Positions 39,768 through 53,798 are shown, counted from the first letter of the stretch. The stretch is DNA of 64,000 bases from Pristiophorus japonicus (GCF_044704955.1 NC_091978.1:127720001-127784000), one strand, 5' to 3'. Translations and numbers: made by a program. The notes: generated from the sequence alone by a model not told the origin.

Positions 39768-39979
39768 TAACTTCAAATAAAAATGTTGCCATTATACTTG
39801 ATAATTGCTGACTGAAGGATGAATATTTGTTCCCATTTCAAACAGGGTAGCAATTTGTTGCAGTTCATAAACATTTTAAGTTTCATTGTAATAGGAATAT
39901 GGTTTGGTTAAATTATATATTTAAAAAGTCAACAGAATGGCCTCTTACATTGACTGTACTTCAATAGCAAAAGATTCCA

Positions 39980-40790
39980 TTTATATGACATTTCTGATGA
40001 TAAAAAAAATCCCAGGACACTTAATAGGCATGTGGAAAACAGATGTCAACCTGGGAAAGGATTAATAGGAGTTTGGTCAAAGAGATGGATTTTGAGGAAA
40101 TGTTTTTAAAGAAGAGAGTTAGGGAGGGAATTCCAGCTGAAGACTGGCGTCAATGATGGATCAAAAAGAAGGGAAAGATGCAAAGCTAGGGTGGGGCAAG
40201 GAAATGGAGGGACTTTAAGATGATTTCAAACTTGAAGCATTGGGGAATGGGGAGCCAATGTAAGTTAGCAAAGACTGGGGTGATGAGCTGATAGAATTTA
40301 GTATGGTATCGGATACATGTAGCGAAGTTTTGTACAAGTTCGAGTTTATAAAAGATGGGAAGCCAGCAAAGGGAACATTGGAGTAGTAGAGTCTGATGGT
40401 GATGAAGGCAAATAATGTTTCAGGGGTAGAAATAAGTGGTCTTCGTGCTGGAGCATATGGGGCCTGAAACTCTGTTCAGGGTTGAACAACATAGTATGGT
40501 TACTAGTAGTCTGGTGCAGACTAAGACAGTGGCCAGGCAGGAGGCTGCAGTCCATGACATGGGAGCAGAGTGTGGCTGAGGACAAAGACCGTGGCTGAGC
40601 AGTGTTGAACTGGAGGAAGTCTAGAGGTCAAGAGATGGTGATGGGTGCCATCAGCGTACACTTGGAAGCTGACCCCAGACCTGTGGATGATACTTTCGAG
40701 GAGCAGCATGTAGATGAGGAAGAGAAGGGGGGGGGGGGGGGGAGGGAGTCAAGGACAAATCCTGAGAGGATTCAGGTGGCGCAAGGATGG
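39980..40790 (-). mobile_element. Degenerate L2 LINE 3' fragment
   Basis: IIHRSGVSFQVYADGT in ORF 40521-40709, with an L2-like C-terminal remnant. Confidence 0.6.
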
Positions 40791-41519
40791 GAACAAAAGT
40801 CATTGGTAAATATAAACACTAAATAATAAATATAATGCTAATTATTCTGAGTTGCTGATGGCTTTAAAAATATAGTTATCTACAGGTAACCATATCAAAC
40901 TTGTTCTAATCATGTAGCTTGGCCACTAATTATTACTCTAATTTAAAACACTATTGTTTGCATAGAATGGGTTAAATATGGGTGATGTGTTAATACTTCC
41001 CAAAATAAGCCAAGAAGTATAAATTAGATTTAAATAATGTACAGAAAGCAAAATAAAGATTGGGAAAGAAAGATGGGATTCCGGAAGTTGCTGTCAGATA
41101 TACTCCAATACTCCATAATAACAGTGAGCGCTAACAGCCTCACAGTTAAATCTGGGCCATGGTCTTCAAGCAGTTTCAGTCAGCTGTTTGCACCTTGTTA
41201 AAGTGCAGTTACCTTAATAATTAGATTCTGGATGCAACTGCTAACAATTAAGAGAGGCAAATGCTAAATGGAGTTTGCTTTTTTTTTAAAGAAATGTTGG
41301 GTTATTTATCTTTTTGGGTTTACCGTCCACCACATAGAGCTGCCATCGTGCCCGCCATAAACATTGAAGACTGTATTTTCCTTTTTTAATTAATAAATCA
41401 AGTGAATATGTTTTATGTACTAGCTGAAGGTATTTTTAAAATATTTAATTTTAAAAATAATTTTTGTTAATTGTTGAGTATAGCTCAACCATCAGAGTGC
41501 GGTGGATGTCCCTGAAAGA

Positions 41520-42850
41520 GGAGATAAGTGTTATGGTTAGTTGAAATGTGAATACATATTGCGAAATCCACTTGGCAGGTTTATCCAACATCCTGGTTGC
41601 AGTTCTGTGGGATATGTTTCCAAAGATTCCATTAGGGATCTCGAACAGATTGCTTCTTTACAGCAATGTCTTAATTAATGCACTTGTTCAAACTAGGCTC
41701 TCCGGACTCTGAAGGTGTCTGTGAGGAAATCTCAAGAGATCTGCGATGTCATCAGATTTCAGAATTGTATTGTACTTGTTAACTTACTAACGCATTATTT
41801 TTTTCCCTAATAATCACAGCTCTCTATCAGAAGCCAAATTTAACTACAGTTCAGTAGGTCCTCACTACATTCCAGGATTTTTTGATGCCTTCAAGAAATT
41901 TCAGCTGTACCTTCTGAAAGAAGTTGCATTTTGTAGGTGACTTGTTTCACACAGGGATGTGCTAAGATGTCTTGCCCCTATCTCTGCTCACAGTTCTTCA
42001 GTAGCTGATTTCTGCTCTGTAGGGAATACTATCTTTATGTTGTTGGTCTGGTGGAAACGATCGTCCTGGATTTTACACATTATTTATTGAAATCCATATA
42101 ATTGAATCTACCGTGACAATGAATTGGCAACAGATCTGTGATTTCTGCCATTTTCCCATCTGCTTTGTTATCCTGATGATAACTGTTTTTCTGTGTTGCT
42201 AGATATTTGCATCAATATGAGTGGACTTGGACGTTGTACTCTGGAAATATCCATGTGGCACCTCAACAGGATCAAATGTTGAGTAGTGTGGCTGGATCTG
42301 GTATAGTGCAAAATCGGTACTTCTGCAACAATAGTTCAAAAGTAGACTCAGTGCATCAACAAGCTGATGAGAACCAAATGTCAGTCATTCTGTTGGGATG
42401 CAATGATTCCCATTTGTTAAAGAAGCATAGGATGAGACTGCTGGCTCAGTATTTATTTAGCAAGGATGACTGAACAGCAGATATCCTGAGTCCTTTAAGA
42501 GTCCACTGGCAAGAGTGGACAATCTTCAGTGGTACATTGGAATATCATCCAGACATGGTTATAACGCAATAGAACTCATATTACACAGAATCTGTTTGGA
42601 ACATGGCCAACCCTTTTCCTGCAAATTAATGTTTCTACATCTAAGTTCTCTATGTCCTGATCCCCATATTTATTCGTCAGATTCAAACACAACAGGCACT
42701 GGTGATTTTGATTTGGCCTCAGAAACTGGTTCTGAATTAGTAAACTATATCAGTCCTGCTACCCATAGGAAGAATCTGTCAACCAAGATCTTCCACCTGG
42801 ACCCAACTAACTTTAATTTAACTTACTGGCTACTGAGAGTAATTATTACC
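41520..42850 (+). mobile_element. Highly eroded DIRS1-like retrotransposon pol relic (RNase H / MT region)
   Basis: Across frameshifts, in order: CINKLMRTKC (~YINKQGGTRS), RLLAQYLFSKDD*TADILS (~LRAIHIPGxxNxxADxLS), QEWTI, IPIFIRQIQTQQALVILIWPQK, FHLDPTNFNLTYWLL. Confidence 0.55.
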
Positions 42851-42869
42851 ATTTAGGTTCTTACTGTTT

Positions 42870-43215
42870 GTCAGCTTGGTTTAATTGGTAGCATTTGCAT
42901 CTGAAGTAGAAGGCCTGAATACAGACCTGAGCACATAATCTAGGCTGATACTTGAGTGCAATACAGAGAATACTGCATTATTAGAGGCACTGACCTATGC
43001 CCTGTTGCCTGTCAGGGTGGGCATTGAAGATGCCATGGCAGTATTTAAAGAAGAGCAAATTCGCCTGGTGTCTTGGCCAACATTCTTCCCTCAACCACCA
43101 AAAATAGATCAGCTAAACAGAACAATATGTTTGCTTACACAGCAACAATGATTGCTCTTCAAAGTAATTAAATGTACATGAACAGTTTTCAGGCATCCCA
43201 AGAGACATAAATACA
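42870..43215 (+). mobile_element. SacSINE1/DeuSINE-like SINE, degenerate
   Basis: Collinear with 3645-4047 (CCTGAGCACATAATCTAGGCTGA, TGGCCAACATT). Confidence 0.65.
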
Positions 43216-43238
43216 GTTTATTTCCTTCCTTCCTTTGG

Positions 43239-44400
43239 AAACATAGAAACATAGAAAATAGGTGCAGGAGTAGGCCATTCGGCCCTTCGAGCCTGCACCA
43301 CCATTCAATAAGATCATGGCTGATCATGCAACTTCAGTACCCCATTCCTGCTTTCTCTCCAGATCCCTTTAGCCGTAAGGGCAACATCTAACTCCCTTTT
43401 GAATATATCTAACGAACTGGCCTCAACAACTTTCTGTGGTAGAGAATTCCACAGGTTCACCACTCTCTGGGTGAAGAAGTTTCTCCTCATCTCGGTCCTA
43501 AATGGCTTGCCCCTTATCCTTAGACTGTGACGCTTGGTTCTGGACTTCCCCAACATCAAGAACATTCTTCCTGCATCTAACCTGTCCAATCCCGTCAGAA
43601 TTTTATATGTTTCTATGAGATCCCCTCTCATTCATCTAAATTCTAGTGAATATAAGCCTAGTCGATCCAGTCTTTCTTATGTCAGTCCTGCCATCCCGGG
43701 AATCAGTCTGGTGAACCTTTGCTGCACTCTCTCAATAGCAAGAATGTCCTTCCTCAGATTAGTAGACCAAAACTGTACACAATATTCAAGGTAATCACCA
43801 AGACCCTGTACAACTGCAGCAAGACCTCCCTGATCCTATACTCAAATCCCCTCGCTATGAAGGCCAACGTGCCATTTGCCGCCTTCACCGCCTGCTGTAC
43901 CTGCATGCCAACTTTCAATGACTAATATACCATGATACCCAGGTCTTGTTGAATCTCCCCTTTTCCTAATCTGTCACCATTCAGATAATATTCTGCCTCT
44001 CTGTTTTTGCCACATTTATCCACATTATACTGCATTTGCCCACTCACTTAATCTGTCCAAGTCACCCTGCAGCCTTTTGGCATCCTCCTCACAGCTCACA
44101 CCGCCACCCAGCTTAGTGTCATCTGCAAACTTGGAGATATTACATTCAATTCCTTCGTCCAAATCATTAATGTATATTGTAAATAGCTGGGGGCCCAGCA
44201 CTGAACCATGTGGTATCCCACTAGTCACTACCTGCCATTCTGAAAAGGACCCGTTTATTCCTACTCTTTGCTTCCTGTCTGCCAACCAGTTCTCTATCCA
44301 CGTCAATACATTACCCCCAGTACCGTGTGCTTTAATTTTGCACACTAATCTCTTGTGTGGAACCTTGTCAAAAGCCTTTTGAAAGTCCAAATACACCACG
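43239..44400 (-). mobile_element. CR1 LINE (TTCTATGT tail), 5'-truncated
   Basis: RT from [10 protein letters not shown] to the C-terminus, with tail at 43239-43260. Confidence 0.93.
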
Positions 44401-44432
44401 TTCCTCGTTCATTGTGTAAATTGCCGAACAAT

Positions 44433-45211
44433 GGAGCTAAAATTCCGGCCTCACCAAATTGCGCATGGACCCGGCGAGGCCTCGCAAAAGCCGGTTTTCG
44501 GGACGTGTGATGTGCATGCATCAAAAACCGACTTTTCCAATCTGTCAAGGTTTTTCTTGACAGATCTTCCGTATCCCCGGGAGAAGGACATTCGCCCAAC
44601 TCATGCCCAGCAAATGTTCAAACTCTTACGTCTGGTGAAAGCAAACACATAGCCTACTTTTACCAGCGTAAGAGTTTTAAAACATATAAAAATTGAATTT
44701 AAATACATATTTTTATAATAAAAACCCTGTCCATTTAAGGTAAGTTTATTTTAAACCCTATTAAAACACACACATTCCTAAAATGTTTTTTTTTTTCTAA
44801 AACATTTATTTAACTTTTATTTCAATTAATTTTAAATATGTCAGGTGTTTTTTTATTTATTATGTTGTATTTCTTGTTTTAGGGGTTTATTCTCATTGAT
44901 AATGGGAACTTGTAAAAATGGCGTTCTCATTATTATCAATGAGAATACTGCAGAGTGATTGGTGGTCCAGGCCCACGTGACTCCAGCATTTTTGTACGTA
45001 CAGGGAACTCCTCTTCCTGTACGCTACGCATGAATGAAGGCTGCAGACCGAAATCGGAGGCGCCTCTGGGTCCACCAGGCATTTTTGCTAAAAAAAATTT
45101 AGGATCCCCCCCTCCCATCCCCTTGCGTTTTGCACAAAGGCTCCTGTGCTTGTTTGGACGAATCGTAAAATCTACCAGACTAATTGATGCCCAGTTGATT
45201 GGCAATTAGCC
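44433..45211. mobile_element. Probable non-autonomous DNA transposon (MITE-like)
   Basis: CpG-rich ends with AT-rich core. Weak terminal similarity GGAGCTAAAATT / AATTAGCCC, TSD unclear. Confidence 0.35.
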
Positions 45212-45289
45212 CAACTCTGTGCCAGCAAATCATTTCAAATGAGGACTTGACAGTCGAAGCGGATGATCTGTCCCGTCAGAACTTGACGG

Positions 45290-48200
45290 TGCACATTGGT
45301 ACCAACGATATAGATTTAAAAAAGGGATGAGGTCCTAAGAGACGAATTTAAGGAGCTAGGAGCTAAATTTTGAAAAGTAGGACCTCAAAAGTAGTAATCT
45401 CGGGATTGCTACCAGTACCACGTGCTAGTCAGAGTAGGAATCGCAGGATAGCTCAGATGAATACGTGGCTTGAGCAGTGGTGCAGCAGGGAGGGATTCAA
45501 ATTCCTGGGGCATTGGAACCGGTTCTGGGGGAGGTGAGACCAGTACAAACCGAACGGTCTGCACCTAGGCAGGACCGGAACCAATGTCCTAGGGGGAGTG
45601 TTTGCTAGTGCTGTTGGGGAGGAGTTATAAACTAATATGGCAGGGGGATGGGAACCAATGCAGGGAGACTGAGGGAAACAAAATGGAGACAGAAGCAAAA
45701 GACAGAAAGGAGATGAGTAAAAGTGGAGGGCAGAGAAACCCAAGGCAAAAAACAAAAAGGGTCACTGTACAGCAAAATTCTAAAGGGTCAAAGTGTAATA
45801 AAAAGGCAAGCCTGAAAGCTCGGTGCCTCAATGCGAGGAGTATTCGGAACCCAGGCGAGGGCTCTGAGCTAGTTAGAGTGGGTGAGAGCTCAGATGAACA
45901 GGACCCCAAGAAAGAATGCAAAAGGCAGGAAGCAACAGAGCAGAGTAGCACTGGGGTAAGTGTAAACCACAAGGTGATAGGAAGGGACAATATGTATGAA
46001 TATAAAGGGGCTGCAGGAGGGGTCAAAACTAAAAATCATGGTTTTAAAAACTAGTATTAAAACACTCTACCTAAACGCACGCAGCATTCGAAATAAAGTA
46101 AATGAGTTGACGGCACAAATCATTACAAATGGGTTTGATTTGGTGGCCATTACAGAAACATGGTTGCAGGGTGACCAAGACTGGGAATTAAACATACAGG
46201 GGTATCTGACAATTCGGAAAGATAGACAAGAAGGGAAAGGAGGTGGTGTAGCTCTGTTAATAAAGGATGATATCAGGGCAGTTGTGAGAGACGATATTGG
46301 CTCTAATGAACAAAATGTTGAATCATTGTGGGTGGAGATTAGAGATAGTAAGGGGAAAAAGTCACTGGTGGGCGTAGTTTATAGGCCCCCAAATAATAAC
46401 TTCATGGTGGGGCGGGCAATAATCAAGGGAATAATGGAGGCATGTGAAAAAGGAACGGCAGTAATCATGGGGGATTTTAACCTACATATCGATTGGTCAA
46501 ATCAAATCGCACGGGGTAGCCTTGAGGAGGAATTCATAGAATGTATACGGGATTGTTTCTTAGAACAGTATGTTACAGAACCTACAAGGGAGCAAGCTAT
46601 CCTAGATCTGGTCCTGTGTAATGAGACAGGAATAATAAACGATCTCCAAGTAAAAGATCCTCTCGGAATGAGTGATCACAGTATGGTTGAATTTGTAATA
46701 CAGATTGAGGGTGAGGAAGTAGTGTCTCAAACGAGCGTACTATGCTTAAACAAAGGGGACTACAGTGGGATGAGGGCAGAGTTGGCTAAAGTAGACTGGG
46801 AACACAGACTAAACGATGGCACAATTGAGGAACAGTGGAGGACTTTTAAGGGGTTCTTTCAGAGTGCTCAACAAAAATATATTCCAGTGAAAAAGAAGGG
46901 CGGTAAGAGAAGGGATAACCAGCCGTGGATAACCAAGGAAATAAAGGAGCGTATCAAATTAAAAACCAATGCGTATAAGGTGGCCAAGATTAGTGGGAAA
47001 CTAGAAGATTGGGAAAATTTTAAACGACAGCAAAGAATGACTAAGAAAGCAATAAAGAAAGGAAAGATAGATCACGAAAGTAAACTTGCGCAAAACATAA
47101 AAACAGATAGTAAAAGTTTTTACCTATATATAAAACGGAAAAGAGTGACTAAAGTAAATGTTGGTCCCTTAGAAGATGAGAAGGGGGATTTAATAATGGG
47201 AAATGTGGAAATGGCTGAGACCTTAAACAATTATTTTGCTTCGGTCTTCACAATGGAAGACACAAACACCATGCCAAAAATTGCTGGTCACGGGAATGTG
47301 GGAAGGGAGAACGTTGAGATAATCACTATCACGAGGGGAGTAGAGCTGGACAGGCTAATGGAACTCAAGGTAGACAAGTCCACTGGTCCTGATGAAATGC
47401 ACCCCAGGGTATTAAGAGATGGCGGAAGTTATAGCAGATGCATTCGTTATAATCTACCAAAATTCTCTGGACTCTGGGGAGGTACCAGCGGATTGGAAAG
47501 CAGCTGATGTAACGCCTCTGTTTAAAAAAGGGGGCAGACAAAAGGCAGGTAACTATAGGCTGGTTAGTTTAACATCTGTAGTGGGGAAAATGCTTGAAGC
47601 TATCATTAAGGAAGAAATAGCGGGACATCTAGATAGGAATAGTGCAATCAAGCAGACACAACATGGATTCATGAAGGGGAAATCATGTTTAACTAATTTA
47701 CTGGAATTCTTTGAGGATATAACGAGCATTGTGGATAGAGGTGTACCGATAGATGTGGTGTATTTAGATTTCCAAAAGGCATTCGATAAGGTGCCACACA
47801 AAAGGTTACTGCAGAAGATAAAGGTACGTGGAATCAGAGGAAATGTATTAGCATGGATCGAGAATTGGCTGGCAAACAGAAAGCAGAGAGTCGGGATAAA
47901 TGGGTCCTTTTCAGGTTGGAAATCGGTGGTTAGTGGTGTGCCACAGGGATTGGTGCTGGGACCACAACTGTTTACAATATACATAGATGACCTGGAAGAG
48001 GGGACAGAGTGTAGTGTAACAATATTTGCAGATGACACAAAGATTAGTGGGAAAGCGGGTTGTGTTGAGGACACAGAGGCTGCAAAGAGATTTCGATAGG
48101 TTAAGTGAATGGGCTAAGGTTTGGCAGATGGAATACAATGTCGGAAAATGTGAGGACATCCACCTTGGGGGTGGGGGGGGGGGGAAAAAACACTAAAAGG

Positions 48201-48969
48201 GAATATTATTTGAATGGGGAGAAATTACAACATGTTGCGGTGCAGAGGGACCTGGGGGTCCTTGTGCATGAATCCCAAAAAATTAGTTTGCAGGTGCAGC
48301 AGGTAATCAGGAAGGCGAATGGAATGTTGGCCTTCATTGCGAGAGGGATGGAGTACAAAAGCAGGGAGGTCCTGCTGCAACTGTACAGGGTATTGGTGAG
48401 GCCGCACCTGGAGTACTGTGTGCAGTTTTGGTCACCTTACTTAAGGAAGGATATACTGGCTTTGGTGGTACAGAGACGATTCTCTCGGCTGATACCGGAG
48501 ATGAGGGGGTTACCATATGATGATAGATTGAGTAGACTGGGTCTTTACTCATTGGAGTTCAGAAAGATGAGGGGTGATCTTATAGAAACATTTAAAATAA
48601 TGAAAGTGATAGACAAGATAGAGGCAGAGAGGTTGTTTCCACTGGTCGGGAAGACTAGAACTAGGGGGCACAGCCTCAAAATACGGGGGAGCCAATTTAA
48701 AACCGAGTTGAGAAGGAATTTCTTCTCCTCGAGGGTTATGAATCTGTGGAATTCTCTGCCCAAGGAAGCAGTTGAGGCTAGCTCATTGAATGTATTCAAG
48801 TAACAGATAGATAGATTTTTAACCAATAAGGGAATTAAGGGTTATGGAGAGCGGGCGGGTAAGTGGAGCTGAGTCCACGGCAGATCAGCCATGATCTTGT
48901 TGAATGGCGGAGCAGGCTCGAGGAGCTAGATGTCCTCCTTCTGTTCCTAATTCTTATGTTCTTATGTTC
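45290..48969 (+). mobile_element. CR1 LINE (TTCTTATG tail), full ORF2 with few frameshifts, chimeric 5' part
   Basis: Esterase remnant 45290-45650, ORFs 45996-47507, 47419-48099 and 48105-48803, (TTCTTATG)n tail. 47395-48969 is nearly identical to 1-1554. Confidence 0.95.
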
Positions 48970-49695
48970 TTGACAGATCACACAGTCTGTGCTTTGCAAA
49001 GCCAAGTACTGCACATGCGCAAGCACATGCAGAAATCCCGAACTTGCAGTCATACTAACCTCAAGTTCTGTCCCAATGTGTATATATTCATAGTTTACAG
49101 AATCAAAGATATTTGGCATAAACTATAAATTACAATTAATTTAAAATATGGATTATCTCCTTGCAGAGTCAGTTGTTTTTCATTTCTTACTATGTTGAAA
49201 TGAAACAATTTTAGCGAGTTTCACTTTAAAACAAGAGCTAGCTGCTTATGATTTCTTTGGTCTGAATGGCCTTCAGAAATCCAGAAAAAGCTCAATCTGC
49301 AGCCAGGGGTAATGCAAATGCCTGTTATGAAAATGTCCAAGGACATTCAAGAAACATTTGCTTCATTTGTTTAGCCAGATGAAGCTCACACAGTGCCAAA
49401 ATACAATAGTACAGTAGACAGAATATGACAAAGTATTTAAAAACATGAACCAATACCTGGCTATATTGATTTGTAATATATTGGGCATTTTCATACATAC
49501 TGGCCAACTGTCACTGATGCACTGAACTCCCACTCAGCCTTTTCTGACAGTCAAATTCAGTATGGCTGCCTTTATTTCCTTCAAGGTTGAGGCCAAATGA
49601 ATTGGTGTTCTGTTAGTGGAAACGCCTTATTATATGTGCAGGAGTGGGATGGTAATGAGGGTGTGTTATGTCACTCGTGCCGAGGTATCTTAAAA

Positions 49696-50018
49696 ATAGA
49701 AAATAGGTGCAGGAGTAGGCCATTCGGCCCTTCGAGCCTGCACCACCATTCAATATGATTATGGCTGATCATGCAACTTTAGTACCCCATTCCTGCTTTC
49801 TCTCCATACCCCTTAATTCCTTTAGCCGTAAGGGCCACATCTAACTCCCTTTTGAATATATCGAATGAACTGGCCTCAACAACTTTCTATGGTAGAGAAT
49901 TCCATAGCTTCACAATTCTCTGAGTGAAGAAGTTTCTCCTCATCTCGGTCCTAAATGGCTTACCCCTTATCCTTAGACTGTCACCCCTGGTTCTGGACTT
50001 CCCCAACATCGGGACATT
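49696..50018 (-). mobile_element. CR1 3' fragment
   Basis: PMLGKSRTRGDSLRIRGKPFRTEMRRNFF plus 3' UTR. Confidence 0.9.
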
Positions 50019-50314
50019 ATCCCTTTGTGTTTTTCCCTTTTTTGGGATTATACCTCTTCTGGCAGACCCATCAATGGGTTGGTGCATGCCTGTACTCAGA
50101 ATGATGAAGACCTCTACAAGGTAGGTATTTTTTTCCTTTTCATGGGTACTTAATTAAATGCTAGAAACTATCTGCAGAAAGTTTATTTGCATCTTACCAA
50201 AACGTGTACTGCTCTTCATCAGAAGTCTTTCTTACCACTGTAATTTTTTTTTTTGCCTTGGTTTGAATTATTTTAATAAAACTGATTACATTCAATTTCA
50301 AATTTTTTTCTTGA

Positions 50315-50509
<195 letters not shown>

Positions 50510-51618
50510 TAGGTCTGCCTTGAAAAGCATTGTTTTTGTGTTTTATAAATTTTGAAATGTTTTTCAAGGAAGGAAAAAGTTCAACATATCTCAAATATTT
50601 CCCTACCTAATCTTGCGTAAATATCTAGCTGCTTGGGATCAACTTTTGTAAAGGTTAACATATTTCAGAAAAATGCCTATGCAATGTCTGTCTGACATTT
50701 CTTTTCTCAAATGTCCACCTATTTTAAATATTAAAGATAAAAAATATTTCCATAATGCCAATAAATTACAAATAAACTTTTAACTTAATAAAAGAATTGG
50801 AATGTTGTGTTTTTTGCTGGAGGCCCACCATATTGGGCTCCTGCTGTACAGCCAGGTGATGTTACTGACCAGAAATTGCTGCCTGTAACCTGGAGTAGCT
50901 CTGTTCATTTTGAAAAGGGTGCAATTTCAGCTCAATCCAAGTGCTACCAGACCTTGAGTAGTGTACAACATACAGTTTCAGCTGTGACCTTTCATCTATA
51001 ATGTTGATGCTGATCGTTACCAGCAGGTTCAATTAATATGTATGGGGGTCCTATCCTTCAAAACAATTGGTACTGGATAACTTTCGAACCATCATTTTCT
51101 TTGACTAATAGAAAGAACTGGAGTATTTATTGTGAAGTCTTTATATAGAGTGAAATAAAGGGAAATAATTTCCCCCTTTTTACAATTGGGCTAGTTTGAT
51201 GAAGTCAGTGGAGAATGCATTCCAAAATATCTTGCCCTCACACTTGAATATTTATATGTGGCAGTAGTAGGATCTAAAAGCAAAAATGTTGGAGGAGGGA
51301 AGAAATTAGTTTGGCATTCTCCCATTTTGACCCTTTCAGAAGAATTTTTTTGAATTTTATAAAACGTCATTTGTTCTTACTCATTTGGAAGGTGGATTTC
51401 TCTCTTTTTTAGAACTATGTTCACTTGAGAGTTTATTCTATTCATCATATACTGCAAGTAAATGTTATTTACATTTTTCATTAATTCTGTTTTTATTTCA
51501 ATTTATTTATAGATTTAATAATTTATAAGAAATAATATTGCCTTAGATTTAAAGAAAAGTACCCATTTTGAAAATAAAAAACTTAATATTTGAAAGGTTA
51601 ATTTGGAACTAAATTTAA

Positions 51619-51876
<258 letters not shown>

Positions 51877-52277
51877 TAAAGTCACATTTTTCAGTCCAAA
51901 CCAAGGATACTCCTATATCCTGTGGGCCAATCATGGCACTTGCAAGATTTTGTTGGGACTTTCAGCAGGATGCAAATACCATTTTGATGTTGCTAGTCCA
52001 ACTGGAGGGCTGTGCTATCACTCAGCTTTGGAGTTACCACTAAGTGCTTCTTGCACTAGTGCCAACTGTAAAGCTTCCCTTCCATCCACCTGGACCAGCA
52101 GCAGTTACTTCAAAACAATCAGTGGGTGCAGATTCTGCTGAGAACCAACGGAGGTCTTCGAATGTACTTGCGTAATATTGATTTGGTTTGTGAAGAACGA
52201 AAAAGCTGAAATTAAGGTTCAATTCATCAAAATTAATAATTTTAGAAAAATGCTAAAGATGATTGTGGCAACTTTAA

Positions 52278-53109
52278 GGGCCCAAGTTTCCACATGATTT
52301 GCGCCTGATTTTTAGGAGCAACTGTTGGAGAACGGACTATCTTAGAAATCGCAATTCTCCACATTTTTTTTTCTGCAGTTCTAGTCAGGTAGAACAGTTC
52401 TACTTTGGAACAGGGGTGGGGGGGGGGAAGGTAAGTCATTAAATTCTACAATAAATCCTTATTTATACTTCTACAAATATTATACAAATAAATCCAACCT
52501 GAATAAACATTTATAAACAAAGAAAAGATTAAATAAACCATCTTCCTACCTTTGTTAAAGTGCTTCAGCCAGCCTCACAAGTTCGTTCGTTCGTTCCCGA
52601 CGGCAGGGGGGGGGGGGGGAGAGGAAGACGTTCCCGACGGCGGGAGGGAGGGGAGTGCGGGCCCGCCCGCCCGATCACAGCGGGGAGGAAGACGTTCCAG
52701 ACGGCGGGCGGGAAGGAGACAGTGAGAAGGCTGCAGGAAGCCTCAGTGCTGATGTGCTGATGGCAATGTGCTTTTATTAAAAAAATTTTCAAAAATTAAA
52801 CAACTACAAAGAACTACAAAAATGGCCGAGTGCCAATGTTTTCCTTCACACTGCGCGTGCGCGAATGCTCCAACGCGCACGCGCAGGGTTGCCGGCAGGA
52901 AAAAACTAATTTAAATAGTACCCGCCCCCTCCCACTTACAAAATCGGCGCGAGTGTAGGCTCCGCCCCCCTGGGCACTGCGCCAAACAGACAAGGAGCTG
53001 CAGGGCTCTCCAGAATCGTGAGTTTTTTTTCCGGCGCCGTTTTAGGCGCGAAAGACGGGCGCCCAGCTCGGAGGGGCGCCCGTTTTTTATCGTGTGGAAA
53101 CTTGGGCCC
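52278..53109. mobile_element. PIF/Harbinger-type MITE (832 bp)
   Basis: TIR GGGCCCAAGTTTCCACATGAT / ATCGTGTGGAAACTTGGGCCC (1 mismatch in 21), TAA TSD both sides, no ORF. Confidence 0.9.
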
Positions 53110-53540
53110 TAAGAGTCACAAATCATTTCTATAGTTCCAGAAAATAATCGATCTGGATCAAGGTCAGTTTGACTGGTTTAGATCTCTTTCTCCCACCATT
53201 TTTTTAATGTAACTGATTTCCATTGTCTTTATTACATAAAAAGGCAAACTTCCATGGAAGTTCTGCACATCTATCTTAACATTGGAAGAGTCTTGGAAGC
53301 TTTGGGAAAATAATCGCATATGACTGTCATTGCAATTTGCAAGAGTGTTTCCAACTAGATTATTTTTTAAGTTACTAGTATTATTTGGTGCTAGACTAGA
53401 TTTGAGAGGTGAAAAGGACAAGCAACTGCTATCTATTTCCCCCCCCCCCCCCCCGCCACCAAAAAAAAATGTATTTATGCCCAGAGTTTTAGTGCTGTCT
53501 GTTTGACAAATTCTCTCATTTTATAATCCATTTTTTGTAA

Positions 53541-53681
<141 letters not shown>

Positions 53682-53798
53682 TAAACATAGGTTCTTCCTT
53701 TCGTCTATTCAAAGAAAATGTTGATTTCCATAGTGTGCTCCAGGGAATTGTTTAAATTTAATTGCAGTAAACTAGTTGCCGTCTTTTCCCACTGCACT

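Noticed and set aside
42207-42856. Two + strand ORFs as a nested host gene
   Set aside because: Non-ATG starts, and the motifs cross frames, so an eroded DIRS relic explains them better.
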